A program made the translations under genes and the position numbers. A stretch of DNA of 64,000 nucleotides from the human T2T-CHM13v2.0 reference genome, Homo sapiens, in NCBI RefSeq assembly GCF_009914755.1, contig NC_060928.1. One strand, 5' to 3'. The notes under the pieces were generated by a model. That model worked only from the letters and a program-made list of their open reading frames with translations, was not told the DNA's origin and made no database searches. Of the stretch, positions 1 to 14,084 are shown piece by piece (within the stretch, counting starts at the first letter, position 1; each line of letters opens with the position of its first letter).

Positions 1-19
1 ATGAGAGTTGGCCATTGTA

Positions 20-490
20 CCAGATGGAGTTAAATAAGCAAAGAAGATTCACAATGGGAAAGAAAGATTGAACTCAACTCCACTGAGACAAAGGTGAGAG
101 GGATTTTAGAAGGAATGGTGAGCTAATAGAAAAGTCCTAGAGGACACTAGGAGAGGTTGGTCAATAAGATTAGGCCATTTGTGTTTGCTAATTTGGTGCT
201 TATCCAAGTTAGACTCCTACACTCCCACAGACCAGGATATAGGGGTGCTAACTTTCTTGATGATTATATCTCAAAGGGACAGCTCTCAGGTCCTTGAGAA
301 AGACAGTCCTGAGTTGTAAAACTGACAAGAGTCTGAGAGATTTGTATCAAAGGGACAAAGATAGAACTTACAATTGCAAGTGTTCTGAAGTAAATGATCT
401 AAGAAAAGGGAGGTCAGAGGCCTGTAGTCAAGAAGAAATCTGTCTAAAGTTTAGTCAAGCTGCAGGGAATGTTAAAGCCTGTCTTGGCCA
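20..490 (-). mobile_element. MER31-like solo LTR (ERV1)
   Basis: The reverse complement of 450-490 (TGGCCAAGACAGGCTTTAACATTCCCTGCAGCTTGACTAAACTTTAGACAG) matches the MER31 5' end as recalled. Left boundary approximate. Confidence 0.6.
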
Positions 491-494
491 GTTT

Positions 495-900
495 ATCAAT
501 GGAGAAATCATTAGTGATCTTGGAAAGAGCAGTTTTGGAGCTCAAGGCAAGGGACTGAAGTGAGTAGGTTCAAGAGAAAAGGAAAGAAGAGGAAAAAGAG
601 ACAGAATATAGACAGCTCTTAAGGAATTTTGCTGTAAAGGAAGTAGAGAGATGACCTGATAGCAGGAGGCAGAAGTGGCAACCAAGAGAAGGTGTTTTCG
701 ATGAGAGAAATAACTGCATGTTTATATGCAAATAAAACTGATCCAGGTGAGAGTGAAATATTAATCATGCTTACAAAAAAGAGGAGAAATGCTGGAAGAT
801 GTTCTTGAGTAGTCAAGAGAAATAAGTTCTAATGTACAATTTAAAGGGTTGGCCTTAGATAGCAGCACTAACTGCTAATTATATTAACAGGAGGAAGGGT
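495..900 (-). mobile_element. L2 LINE fragment (ancient)
   Basis: Purine-rich L2 antisense motifs (gtgatcttggaaagagcagtttt; gagacagaatatagacagctcttaaggaattttgctgtaaagg). Confidence 0.65.
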
Positions 901-1322
901 ACAGTCTTTTAGATTCGGGGCAAGAAGGAGGGAAGATGTATTGGTGGTAACGTGTGAAGGTCTCTTCTGTTTGCTACAAGAGAAAGTATGATTTTCAGCT
1001 AAGCATGAAAATGGAGGATAAACTGATAAAAGATTAAGATGTGAGGAGAAGATATGATACTGTTAGCTGCCCAAGAACAATAAAAACATGAATGGACTGG
1101 AAAACATGAATTGCCGAGGCCACACTAAGGGTTAACTAAAAATTAGTGCCCATAAATTTAAACTGAGACCAGTCAGCATAATTATATGCTTTCTCCAAAT
1201 TAAGTTTTACTGTTACAGGTGCAATCGAACAGTTTGTGAAGAATTAGGTTTGACCAGGATGGGACGTTTGCCATGTGAGCATGTTAAATGTAGAAACTTT
1301 GAAGATTATATGTTCATTACTA

Positions 1323-1508
1323 CAGTTGTCCCTCAGTATCCACAGGGGATTGGTTTCAGGACCCCCAACGATACGAAAATCCATGGATGCTCAAGTCCTT
1401 TATATAAAATAGCGTAGTATTCACATGTAACCTATGCATAGCCTCCTATATACTTTAATTATTTTTAAATTACTTATAATACCTAATACAATGTAAATGC
1501 TATATAAA
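1323..1508 (+). mobile_element. MER2 (TcMar-Tigger) one arm
   Basis: TA followed by TIR cagttgtccctcagtatcc and the MER2 body ggattggtttcaggacccc...ggatgctcaagtcc; interrupted by Tigger3. Confidence 0.8.
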
Positions 1509-1511
1509 CAT

Positions 1512-2192
1512 AGTCATGAGTAGCAATAACAACTCTCTCAATGGCAGATCACATATATGAAAATGGTCCATACGATTAAAATGGAGCTGAAAAATTCCTA
1601 TTGCCTAGTGACTTCATGACACTCATAACATCATAGCACAATGCATTACTTATGTGTTTGCGGTGATGCTGGTATAAACAAACCTACAGTCTCCCAGTGA
1701 TATAAAAATATAACAATATAATTGTTTACAGTACATAGTACTTGATAATGATCATAATCAACTGTGTTACTGTTTAATGTATTTACCATATTATACTTTT
1801 AATTGCTATTTTAAAGTGTATTTCTTCTTTATAAAGAAAGAAGTTAACTGCAAAACAGCCTCAGGCAGGTCCTTCAGGAGATATTCCAGAAGAAGACATC
1901 ATTATCATAGGAGATGACAGCTCCACGCACGTAAGTGCCCCTGAAGACCTTATAGTAGGGCAATACGGAGGTGAAAGACAGTGATATTGATATCCTGCCC
2001 CTGTGTAAGCCGAAGCTAGTGTGTATATTTGTGTCTTTACTTTTAACAAAAAAAAAAAGTTTTAAGAGTTTTAAAAAATAAAAAATTTTTAAAGTAGGAA
2101 AATGCTCTATATAATAAGAATTTAAAGAAAAAAATATTTTTGTACTACTCTACAATGTGCTTGTATTTAAGGTAAGTGTTATTACAAATGAG
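1512..2192 (+). mobile_element. Tigger3b/Golem DNA transposon, truncated
   Basis: Starts agtcatgagtagcaataac and contains the Tigger3 blocks aatggagctgaaaaattcctattgcctagtgac and cagcctcaggcaggtccttcaggag. Confidence 0.8.
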
Positions 2193-3029
2193 CCCATGAT
2201 AAGGCAGTAAGTAACTCAGATATAAATCCAGTATGGGGTTTCAGAAGCTGGGCTCCGAATCACTTCATTGCAGATGTCTATGAATTAAATGGCCTGCCTG
2301 AAGCTATTCAGCATAAAATGTGGATAGATTTTAATTAGAAAATTAGTTAGAAAAACATACACCCATGAAACAAAGACTGAGAAAAACAGATTGGTATCAT
2401 TATATTATTATATAGTGCTTATAGATTAGAAATTCTCATATAGAATATAGAATAAGAGTTGTCAGAATGGATTTTAAAGCATGGGTAGCATATGAAGACA
2501 AGGAAGGAAACCACCCCAGATGGTGGGATAGCAGTAAGTCTAGGAAATGGCCTTGAACCTAGTGCATTGAGGAAGAGAGTAACAGATGAGGCAGGGATAA
2601 GGTGAGATTAAGTTTGGATAGGGGCAGTGGGAAGTAAATCTTGGAGGAGTTAGCAATGGGAATAAATTTGTAGAGTAGGGGTTTTACAGAGGATTCCTTA
2701 AGATGTATCCAACAGAGTTTACTAAGCTTGATTGGTTGGTATTGTGAATGCCTTCTGATGAGTCTCGTAAGAGCAAACCACACTTGATCCCATGGGGCAT
2801 GAGGGAGCCAGCAGCCATGGGAATGTATGGAGAGGAGGGGCTGTGGCTACATTATATTCATCTTTTTCCCTCCCACTTCCTTAGCCCATTTTCTTTACCA
2901 ACACCTATTAGATATTTAATAAATGTTAAATAGAATAATGAATAAGTATTAATGGGATTTAATTATTAACTGAATAAGGTAATAAAGAACATTTTTGTCT
3001 GTTTCTTAAGTACTTATTTCCTCCTTTTA

Positions 3030-3150
3030 TCAAATTTTTAATTTTATAATTGATATATAATAATTATATATGGTTATGGGGTACAAAGTGTTGTTTCAAC
3101 ACATGAATACATAGTATAATGTTCAAATCAGGGTAATTACCATATCCATC
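3030..3150 (-). mobile_element. L1MA-type 3' end fragment
   Basis: tatggggtacaaagtg...atcagggtaattaccatatccatc is typical of an L1MA 3'UTR in antisense. Confidence 0.6.
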
Positions 3151-6004
3151 GTTCAATGCTTAATGTCTGTGTTTTAAAATTTTTCGTAGACCTAGAAAAT
3201 ATTAATGACAAAATATTGACAAGGGAAAGAAGTTTAGAAAGAATAAAAGTTTCAGAGCACCAGGATAAGTATAAAAACTGTGCTTATCAGCAATTCACTT
3301 GCGTATGTCAGAATTGCTCATTAGTGGAGTAACAGAAGTCACCCCTAGCAACTAAACCTGTTAAAAAAAATAATGATTTCTAGTCACAAATTTATTGTGC
3401 AGTGCCAGAAGAATAATGAAGAGAAGTGTATCTTTCTCCTTTCTTTTTTTCCTTGTCCCTGGGTGGAAAGCATGAGAGCAACACAATAATAGCAGCAGCT
3501 GTGCTTTTAGATATCTCCCTCCTACTGAAATAAGGTTGTTCAGTGAGATGCAAACCTGGTGTGTAATTATATATTTACAAGGCATACATAATAATAGCTG
3601 TATGCTAAACACTAAGGAAGTAAAATGAAAAATAAAAAAAATACTGAGTAGTGAATGTAAAGAAGCTACAAATACTCTGCTGCTCAGTGTACCATGCACA
3701 GTCCTTTATGAATAAATTTCATGTGTGCAAATGAAGTAAGAGAAGTTAATTTGACAGCTAACAATATCAAGTGGATAAATTACCCTTTGGAAAACTGTTA
3801 TGAACTTAGATAGTGTTTCTCCCAATTTTCTCAAGCTTTGGTGGGTGAAATTGTTAGACCTGGGTTTTTCTCGCTTCTAAAAATAGAATTGTAGTGATTC
3901 GTGGTTAGTGAGGTGGTTTGAACTGTGTCAACTTGCTTAATCTGAAATCTGTTGTCCCAGAATTCCCTGCAGGGTTCTGCATCAGAGCAATGTGTATGCA
4001 ATTTGGAAAACAGAGGTAACGCAGCAGCCATTGATTGAAGTAGTTATATTTACATGCAATGACAGAAACGAGCAAAGATGTCACAGGTTCTAACTTGTCC
4101 TCCTTCTCCCTGGCTCCACATCCAGCTTTTTTCCCTCCTGCCAGACTCACCAGCTGTGGCTTCAGGTCCATCTACAGACTATGAGTTGTGGACCTTCAGA
4201 AGCAGCTGAAGCAAAGAAATTCCCACTGATTACTTTACTTTATTAAAATAAAATTTTTTAAAAATTGTTATTTCAATAGCTTTTGGGATACACATGATTT
4301 TTGGTTACATGGATAAATTAGATGGTAGTGAATCCTGAAATTTTCAGGTGCCTGTCACCCAAGTAGTGTACATTGTACATAATATGTAGTTTTTTTAATA
4401 CCTACCCCTCCATTCTAATCTCTCCCTTCTGAGTCTCTAAAGTTCATTATATCACTCTATATTCCCACAGCTTAGCTCTCACATGTAAGTGAGAATGTAC
4501 AGTTTTTGGTTTTCCACTCCTGAGTTAATTCACTTAGAATAATAGCCTCCAGCTCCATCCAAGTTGCTGCCAAAGACATTATTTTGTCTCTTTTTATGGC
4601 AGAGTAGTATTCCTTGGTGTATATATACCTATACATACGATATTTTTTTTATCCTCTTGTTGGTCTACACTTAGTTTAGTTCCATATATTTGCAATTGTG
4701 AATGGTGCTACTATAAACATATGTCTGCAAGTTTCCTTTTCATATAATGACTTTTTTCCTTTGAGTAAATACTCAGTAGTGGGGTTGCTGGATCAAATGA
4801 CAGTTCTACTTTTAGTTATTTAAGGAATCTCCATACTGTTTTCCATAGAGGTTGTACTAATTTACATTCCCACTGGTGATGTAAAAGTGTTCCCTTTTCA
4901 CCACTTCCACATTAACATCTATTGGCTTTTGATTTTTTTAATAATGGCCATTCTTGCAGGAGTAATGTGGTACCTCATTGTGGTTTTAATTTGCATCTCC
5001 CTGATTATTAATGATGTTGAGCATTTTTTATACTTTTGTTGGCCATTTGTATATCTTCTTTTGAGAAATATCTATTCATGACCTGTGCCCACTTTTGATG
5101 GTATTATTTCTTTTTTCTTGCTGATTTGTTTGAGTTCCTTGTAGATTATGAATACTAGTTCTTGTTGGATGTGTAGTGTGCAAATATTTTCTCCTATTCT
5201 GTGGGTTATCTGTTTGCTCTGCTAATGATTTCTTTTGCTGTGCAGAAGCTTTTTAGTTTAATTGCGTCCCATTTATTAATTTTTGTTTTTGTTTCATTCG
5301 CTTTTGGGGTCTTAGTCATGAATTCTTTGCCTAGGTCAATGCCTAGAAGAGTTTTTTCAATATTGTCTTCTAGAATTTTTGTGGTTTCAGGTTTTATATT
5401 TAAGTCTTTGATCCATATTGAGTTGACTTTTGTATAAGGTAAGAGATAAGGATCCGGCTTAATTCTTCTGTATGCGGCTTGCCAGTTTTCCCAGCACCAT
5501 TTATTAGATAGGGTGTCCATTTCCCAAGTTATGTTTTTGTATGCTTTGTCAAAGATCAGTTGGCTGTACAAATTCGGCTTTATTTCTGGATTCTCTTTCT
5601 CTTCCATTGACCTATGTGCCTACTTTTATGCCAGTACGATGCTGTTTTGGCAACTATAGCCTTGTAGTATAATTTGAAGTTCAGGAATGTGATGCCTCCA
5701 GATTTGTTCTTTTTGCTTAGGATTGCTTTGACTATTCAGGCTCTTTTTTGGTTCCATATGAATTTTAGGATTGTTTTATTTCTAATTCTGTGAAAATGAC
5801 GTTGACATTTTGCTAGCAATTGCATTGAATCTGTAGATTACTTTGGGCAGTATGGTCGTTTTCACAATATTAACTCTTCCAATCCAAGAGCAAGGGATGT
5901 GTTTTCACTTGTTTATGTCATCTATGATTTCTTTCAGCAGTGTTTTGTAGTGCTCCTTGTAGAGATCTTTCACCTCCCTGGTTAAGTATATTCCTAGGTA
6001 TTGC

Positions 6005-6060
6005 TATTATTATTATTATCATTATTATTATTATTATTGTTATTATTATTATTATTATTT
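6005..6060. repeat. (TTA)n microsatellite inside L1PB ORF2
   Basis: Near-perfect TTA run; it explains the poly-I and poly-N ORFs in the track. Confidence 0.95.
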
Positions 6061-7762
6061 GCAGATGTTGTAAAAGAGATTGAGTTCTTGATTTGATTCT
6101 CAGCTTGGTCACTGTCGATGTATGACAGTGCTACTGATTTGGGTACATTGTTTTTGTAACCTGAGACTATTGAATTCATTTATCAAATCTAGGAGCCTTT
6201 TGGAGGAGTCCTTAGGATTTTCTAGTTATACAATCATATCATCTGCAAACAGTGATAGTTTGACTTTCTGTTTTCCAATTTGGATGCCCTTTCTTTCTTT
6301 CTCTTGTCTAATTTATCTGGCTAGGACTTCCAGAACTATGTTGAATAGGAGTGGTGAAACTGGGCATCCTTTTCTTGTTCCTGTTTTCAGGGGGAATGCT
6401 TTCAACTTTTCCACATTCAGTATGATGTTGGCTGTGGGTTTTTCATATACGCCTTTTATTATTTTTAGATAAGTCTCTTCTATGTCTGGTTCACTGAGAG
6501 TTTTTATCATAAAGGGATGCTGGATTCTGTTGAATGCTTTTACTACATCTATTGGGATGATTATATGGTTTTTGTTCTTGATGTGTCACATCTATTGACT
6601 TGTGTACTTATGTTAAACCAACCCTGAATCCCTGGGATGAAACCTACTTGATCATGGTGTATCATCTTTTTGATGTGCTGTTGGATTCAATTTGTTGGTG
6701 TGTGTTGCTAATGTTTTGTTGAGGACAACTGCGTCTATATTCATCAGGGATACTGGTCTGTAGTTATGTTTTATGTTACGTCCTTTCCTGATTTTGATAT
6801 CAGGATGATACTGGCTTCATAGAATGATTTAGGGAGGATTCTCTCTCAATCTTTTGGAATAGTTTGAATAGGATTGGTATCAATTCTTCTTTGAACATCT
6901 GGTAGAATTCAGCTGTGAATCCATCTGGTCCTGGGTTTTTTGTTGGCAATTTTTTTTATTACTGATTCAATCCTGCTGCTTGTTATTTGTCTGTTCGGGG
7001 TTTCTATTTAATCCCGATTTAATCTAGGAGGGTTGTATGTTTCCAGGAATTTATCCATTTCCCCTAGGTTTTCTAGTTTGTGTGCCTAAAGGTATTTGCA
7101 GTAGTCTTGAATGATCTTTTGTATTTCTGTGGTGTCAGTTGTAATGCCTATAGTTTCATTTTTAATTGAGCTTATTTGGATCTCCTCTCTTCTTTTCTTG
7201 GTTAATATCACTAATGGTCTATCAATTTTATTTATATTTTCAAAGAACTAGCTTTTGTTTCATTGATATTTTGTATTTTTTGTTGTTGTTCTGTGCCAAT
7301 CTTTGCTATTTCTTTCCTTCTGCCAGCTTTAGGTTTAGTTTGTTCTTGTTTCTCTAGTTCCCTGAGGTGTGACATTATGTGTTGATTTGTGCTTTTTCAG
7401 ACTTTTCGATGTAGGCATTTCGCACTAAAATTTTCCTCTTAGCAATGCTTTTGCTGTATCCCAGAGGTTTCAATAAATTGTGTCATTATTATCATTCAAT
7501 TCAAAGAATTTTTAAGTTCCATCAGGATTTATTTATTAACCCAGAAATCCTTCAGGGGCAGATTATTTAATTTCCATGTATTTGTATGGTTTTGAGTTTG
7601 GAATTGATTTCTAGTTTTATTCCACTCTGGTCTGAAAAGATAATTGATATGATTTTGATTTTTAAAAGTTTATTGAGACTTGTTTTGTGGCCTGTCATAT
7701 GGTCTATCTCGGAGAATATTCCATGTGCTAATGAAAAAAAAATGTATATTTTGCAGTTCTTG

Positions 7763-7961
7763 CTTGCTTATTGCTAAGGTAAGCATCTAGTGCTTTCCCA
7801 AAACCCTCTTATTGCCCCTCCATCCTTCAGGAGGAAACACCACCCTCCTGGATTCTTTCTCGATGAGTAACCTGGGGCCCTGGAGCTGGCCCTGTGAATG
7901 ACGGGGGATCAAAACCAGGTCCTGTAGCTACTGGGGGGAGCTGAAGTGGTAAGACCACATG
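7763..7961. other. ~200-bp non-L1 insertion within L1PB ORF2
   Basis: L1 reads ttgcagttcttg|ggtataaagttctgtaaatatc across the gap. The insert is GC-richer than its host and is flanked by (tg)cttg direct repeats. Confidence 0.8.
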
Positions 7962-9151
7962 CTTGGGTATAAAGTTCTGTAAATATCTGTTAAGTCCATT
8001 TGTTCTGGAATCTGGTTTAAGTCCATTATTTCTTTGTTGACTTGCTGCCTTGATGATCTGTCTAGTGCTTTCAGTGGTATGTTAAAATCTTTCACTATTA
8101 TTGTGTTGCTGTCTATTTCATTTCTTTGGTCTAGTAGTAATTGCTTTAGAAATCTGGAGCTCTGTTGGGTGCCTATAAATTTAGGATTGTAATATCTTCT
8201 TGTTGCATTGGTCCTTTTTTCGTTATATAATAACCTCCTTTGTTTTTTTTTAACTGCTGTCGCTTTGAAGTCTGTTTTGTCTGATATAAGAATAGCTATT
8301 CCTGCTCAATTTTGGTTTCCATTTGTGTGGAATATCTTTTTCCACCCCTTTACCTTGAGTTTATATGAATCCTTTCATGTTACCTGAGTCTCTTGAAGAC
8401 CACAGATATTTGATTTGTGATTTTTTATATCCTTTCTGCCATTCTGTATCTTTTAAGTGGAGCATTTAGGCCATTTACATTTAATGTTAGTATTGAGATG
8501 TGAGGTACTATTCTCTTTCATCATGTTAATTTTTACCCAGATTGTTTGTTGTTATTGTTGTTGTTGTTGCTGCGTTATTTTTTTACAGGCCCTGTGAGTT
8601 TCAGGCTTTCAAGAGGCCTATTTTGGTGCATATCAAGTTTTTGTTTCAAGATTTAAAACTCCTTTTAACAGGTCTTGTAGTACATATTTAGTAGTGATAA
8701 ATTCCCTCAGCATTTATTTGTACGAAAATGACTTTATTTCCTCTTTATTTATGAAACTTAATTTTGCTGCTGGACACAAAGTTCTTGGCTGGCAGTTATT
8801 CCGTTTAAGGAGGCTGAAGATAGGACCACAAACCCTTCTGACTTGTAAGATTTCTGCTGAGAAGTATGCTGTCAACCTGATAGGTTCTCTTTATAGGTTA
8901 CCCGATGCTTTTTTCTTTCTGCTTTTAGAATTATTTCCTTCACATTGACTTTAGATAGCCTTGTGACTATATGTCATGGTGAAGATCTTTTTGCAATGAA
9001 TTTCCCATGAGTTCTTTGAGCTTCTTAGATTTGGATATCTAGATCTCAAGCCAGGCACGGGAAGTTTTCCTCAATTCTTTCCTCATACAACTTTTCCAGA
9101 TTTATTGTTTTCTGTTCTCTTTCAGGAACACCAGTGATTCATAGGGTTTTC

Positions 9152-9580
9152 GGTCAGGCTTCTGAGCCCAAGCCTGCATGTATACATCCAGATGGCCTGA
9201 GACAACTGAAAAGTACAAAAGAAGTGAAAGAGCCAGCTCCTTTCTTAACTGATGGACAAACCTTACAACATTCCATTATGATTTGCTCCTGCCCTGTCCC
9301 AAATGATTGATCGATGGACCTCGTGACATTCTTCTTCTGGAAAATGAGTCTTATGATCTCCCCACCAAGAACCTTGCGACGCCAACCCCTGCCCGCAAGA
9401 GAAAAACCCCCTTTAACTGTAACTTTCCACTGCTTATCCCAGTCCCATAAAAGTGCCGCATCTCTAACTCCCTTCACTGACTCCTTTCTCAGACTCAGCC
9501 CACTTGCACCCAAATGAATAAACAGCTTTGTTGCTCACACAAAGCCTGTTGGTAGTCTCTTCACACGGACGCATGTGGTA
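9152..9580 (+). mobile_element. LTR7C (HERV-H family) solo LTR
   Basis: gtcaggcttctgagcccaagcctgcatgtatacatccagatggcc ... aataaacagctttgttgctcacacaaagcctg...tcttcacacggacgc; perfect 5-bp TSD ttttc (9147-9151, 9581-9585). Confidence 0.9.
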
Positions 9581-12500
9581 TTTTCCATTTTACATAATCC
9601 CATTTTTCTTGGACACTTTGCTCATTTCTTTTGATTCATTTTTCTTCATTTTCACCTGATTGGGTTAATTCAAAAGTTTGTTCTCAACTTCTGAAATTCT
9701 TTCTTCTGCTTGTTCTATTATTAATAATTTTCACTGCATTTTATAATTCCCTAAGTGTGTATTCCATTTCCAGAAATTCTGATTGGTTTTTCTTTATGAT
9801 AGCTATCTCTCTAGAAAATTTTTCATTCATATCCTGAACTGCTTTTTAATTTCATTATGATGGTTTTCACCTTTCTCTCATATTTCATTGAGTAGCTTGA
9901 TAATCAACCTTCAGCATTCCTTATCTAGTATTTCAAAGTTTTCATCTTGGTTCGGATACATTGCTGGAGAGCTAGTGTGATCTTTCGGAGGTGTTATAGA
10001 ACCCTTTTTTGCCATATTACAAAAGTTACTTTTCTGGCTCCTTCTCAATTGAGTAGACTATTTCTTCTAATTATTCTTGAATTTATGTTTGGTTTGACTG
10101 TTTTTTAAAATTTCTTTTTTCCCCTAATCATGTGATTTTAATGGCGATGGTTTATTACAGCCTAATTCTATACTTGGTGATCTCAATGGTAAAGACTCTG
10201 TTAGAGTTCCTTGGCTATAGACAGTCTTTATATAAATGGTTTTCTCATATGCTGCTTATAGTAGCAATGTGCTCAGTGTGTGAGCAAGTTTACTGTTGCC
10301 TATGGGGTTGGAATGTTAGTAGTCTCTTGGAGCTTATTTCATTCTCCCATGTCATGCACTCCTTTATTTATTAATTTTTCCCCAGTATTTTATTTAGTGG
10401 TTTGATGGTCCAGGCTTCAGGACAGTAGGGGAGGTGTCCCTGGGTAGGAACCAACTGTAGCTAAAGCAGGTGGGTAAATGCAATACCCAGTGATGAACAG
10501 AGGTCCCAGCCTTGAGAGAAGTGGCTGGAGGAGCTCTCCGTGAGTCACACTGAGGTCATGTCAAGAGAAAGGGGGGAAGCCACCTAAGCTCCCCTAACAG
10601 TTCAGTAGGAAAGCTATCCACCCCTCAGACACACTCCTGCCTCAGCTCTCTGGCTATTCAGATTAGACAAGCACCTCTTTTCATCTGTAGGAATGTGGAT
10701 GTTCCAAGTAGTGGGGGATTGTGACTCTGTCTCTCATGCAATCCTGAACCTGGAGGGTGCTCCTCCAGTGGGGATGCAGTACCCTGACATGTTCCAGAAA
10801 GATTATCTATAGTTGCACCTATGCAGAGTTCCTGTGATAGAAGCCCCCACTGTGTCTGCTGTGGTGGGTAAGTGGGGAAAGATGTCCCCTACTCTAAGAC
10901 CCTTCGTGTGCAGTAGGGATATCAGACTGTTGGGTTAGAACTACAGACTTGCCGTGCTGAGCCAAGCACTGCAACTGTACCTCTGCTGAAAGAAACTTCC
11001 CACCAGTGCAAAGATCTGGTGCTCACATTCTGCTGTCCACATTCCTCTGTCCCACAGGGTGTTCTTTTAATATGGTACACTCCCCCTTCCCCTAGGAGTG
11101 GGAGTCCGTGGGATCCAGACTACTGTCAGTGTTGTTGCTTCTCTGCGTCTAGCTGCCCAGCAAAGTTACTACACTCAAGGCTGGTGCTGGGGAATGTCTC
11201 CAAGGGATCCAGTGATGTGATCTTTCTTCAAGTCTCCCAGCAGTGGGTAGCAGCATCAGCTCTAATGAAGGTGGCAATGGAGTGACATAGACTCTGTGAG
11301 ATTCTTTAGTTATAGATAACCTTAGTTTGTTGGCTTTCTTGAATGCTGGTTATAGTAATAATGAACTTGTCATGTGGAAAGACCCAGGACCTCCTGGTTA
11401 GCCAGAGTGCTGCAGACAGTGGTGATAGCTGAGGTCACACAGCCGTTTTCTCCTTCCTGGGAGCAGTGTTATTCTATCAGGAGATGCTGTAATAGACTGT
11501 GTTGATTGGCCTCCAGTCAGAAGGTAGTGCTTGCAAAAGAGCACCACCTGAGGTGGTAGCAGTGGGATTTTTGCTTGCCTTATGTTGTCCAGGAGGGTAA
11601 TGGTTTCTCAGGCAATGGGTGGGGCCATAAAGCTCCCAAGAGTTTCTGTCCTTTGCGTTAAGCTACCAGGGAGGGTGTCCAGGCAAAGCCAGATGGGGGC
11701 TGGGTCAAGCAGGTTTGTACTCTGACTCTCAGCACACAGGGCAGCAGCTCCTGTGGGTGTCAGTGGATGGGGGTGATTCTCAGGCCACTGGGTTGACGAT
11801 CCAGAAGGAAGTGCTGCTGTCTCTGCTGCACAGGAGACTTCACACAGGGAGTGGGGCGTAGCAGTCAGCAGTAAGCTCTATGCAGATCCCATGCACTTGG
11901 TGAAGCATATCCTGTTCCTGCAGTGTTCTACTAGCAGCAGCAAGCTAAGTTCCTGGCAGCCTGCACTCAGAACTCCCAGCTGACCCAGGTCATAAGCTTT
12001 CCGTCAGAAATAGCAACCTTGGCTTTCAGTGAGGCCTCCCCATCCACCCGCAAACCTGGGAGCTGGCTTCTGCACCTGCATTCCTGGATGCGGCACTCCC
12101 TCAACCCACCTTCCCCACCCCACCGCCACCACCACCGCTACCCAGCCCTGGCCAAGGGAGTTCATTCCCACCTGAGGTTATATTGGTTATATCGTGAAAC
12201 CCAGTTGGGGGCATCTTTCAATCTGTGACCACTGCTTGAATTATATTTTGGCTGATCTCCACAGGGTTCCCTGTGAGGAACAATAAGGAATGGTTTCCCT
12301 TGGTCTGGACTGTTGATTGGGAGTGCACACAATGGTCTTCCCAACGCTCCTCCTACTTTTATGTTCCATGACCCTCCCCAAGCTGGCACCTGCTCTGGGT
12401 AGAGTTAAGGTCTTCCTCTGTGGCCTGAACTTTCAAGCTCCCAGTTGGGGTATGTATCCTGGAGGCAGTCTCTCCCCCTCTCTCACTCGGAACTCGGAGG

Positions 12501-13861
12501 CCTTCCTCTAACTCAAGGTGTAGTCTGCAGCCTGATATTTCCTTCAAAGGGTCTGTGGATTTCTTCAGTTTTCCTGTTCAGTTCCTGTGCCACTTCTGGA
12601 AAAAAAGCTCACAGCTTGAATCTCTACACACTATTTTGTCCTTCCAAGTGGGGGAGAAATGCTAGAAATGCCTCTAATCCACCATTTTGTGAAAAAGAAA
12701 AAAAGAAAAAATCTAAAATATAATTTAATAAATTAATATGCATACATTTTAAGTGTAGTTCAATGAGTTTTGACAAATATATGCACCCATTTGTATACAT
12801 GCATATGCCTACCTTTACAAATGAGATATTAATTTGATTATATTTCTACCACCCAGAAAGCTCCCTTCTCCATTTGTAATCAATGCCTCACGTCCCCATC
12901 CCCAGAAAACCACTGATCTGACTTTTATTACTCTAAATTCATTTTTCCTATTCTAGAACTTTGTATACGTGCCATCATATATTAAGTACTATTTTGTGGT
13001 CGGCTTCTTTTGCTCAGTATGTGTTTCAGAAGTGTCCATGTTGTATTCATCAATATTTCATTCGTTTATTTTTTTTTTTTTGCTTTTAGTAGTATTCCAT
13101 CATATGAATAAGCCACAATTTGTTTATTCATTCATTTATATTTGGCTGGTTTCTGGTTTTCAGATTTACAAATAAACAATTCTGAACATTTCTCTGTGTG
13201 TCTTTATGTGACAGGTTTTCACACATTTAGGTAAATACAGAAGAGTGGAACTAGTAGGTCATATATAGAGAGTCCATATTTAAACTAAACACAGCCAATT
13301 TTTTTTCTAAAGTGGTTGTGCTGTTTTATACTCCCACCAGCAATGTGTGAGAGTGCCAATTATTTCACATTCACTCCAACACATGATACTAAATCTTTTT
13401 AGTATTAGCCATAACAGATGGTCTGAAATCATACTGCATGTTGGCTTTAATTTACATCTCCTTAATGACTAATAGTATTTTCATATACTTGTTAACCATT
13501 AGTATCTTCCTTTTTGAAATGTCTGTTCTAATTTTTTTGTCTTTTTAACTTTTTAAATTAAATTATTGAGTTATAGGAATTCATTTTACATTTTGGATAA
13601 TTATTTAGATTTATGTACTACAAATATTTACCCCTAGTCTGTGGTTTACCCTTTTATTTTCTTAATGATATCTTTTGAAAAGTTTTAAATTTTGGCAAAA
13701 TTCAGTTTACCTTGCTTTATTATTTTATGGCTAGTGTTTTTTATAACCTGTCTGAAAAGATCTTTGCGTAATGTAAAATTGCAAGGTTTCTTCCCATGTT
13801 TTGTTTCTAGAGGTTTTATCTTTTTTGACTTTTATATTTGGGCTTATGATCAGTTTCAAAT

Positions 13862-13915
13862 TATATATATATATATATCATATATATATATCATATATAT
13901 ATCATATATATATGA
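13862..13915. repeat. (TA)n/(TATATATC) microsatellite
   Basis: Read directly. Confidence 0.9.
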
Positions 13916-14084
13916 TATGAGTTATGCTGGAGGTTTACTTTTTCTGGATGAAAAATATGTTCTTCCAGTACTATTTGTTGAAGAGGATTTTTACAAAAAA
14001 TATGCTAGAATTTTGACTGGGATTATGATGCACCTATAGATCTATTCAGGGAAAATGACATCTTAAAAATTCTAAGTCTTACAA

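Larger units (their letters stand above)
4255..12700 (-). mobile_element. Full-length decayed L1PB (L1PB2/3-type 3' end, L1PBa/b-type 5'UTR)
   Basis: L1PB 3'UTR at 4265-4600, ORF2 remnants (5206-5607, 6313-6510), ORF1 remnants near 8700-9900, and a 5' end AAAATGGTGGATTAGAGGC at ~12690. A degenerate TSD taaaata(a/t)aattt lies at both ends, inside an older L1M tail. Confidence 0.85.

Noticed and set aside
5918-6179. Poly-Ile/poly-Asn proteins
   Set aside because: These are translations of a (TTA)n microsatellite.
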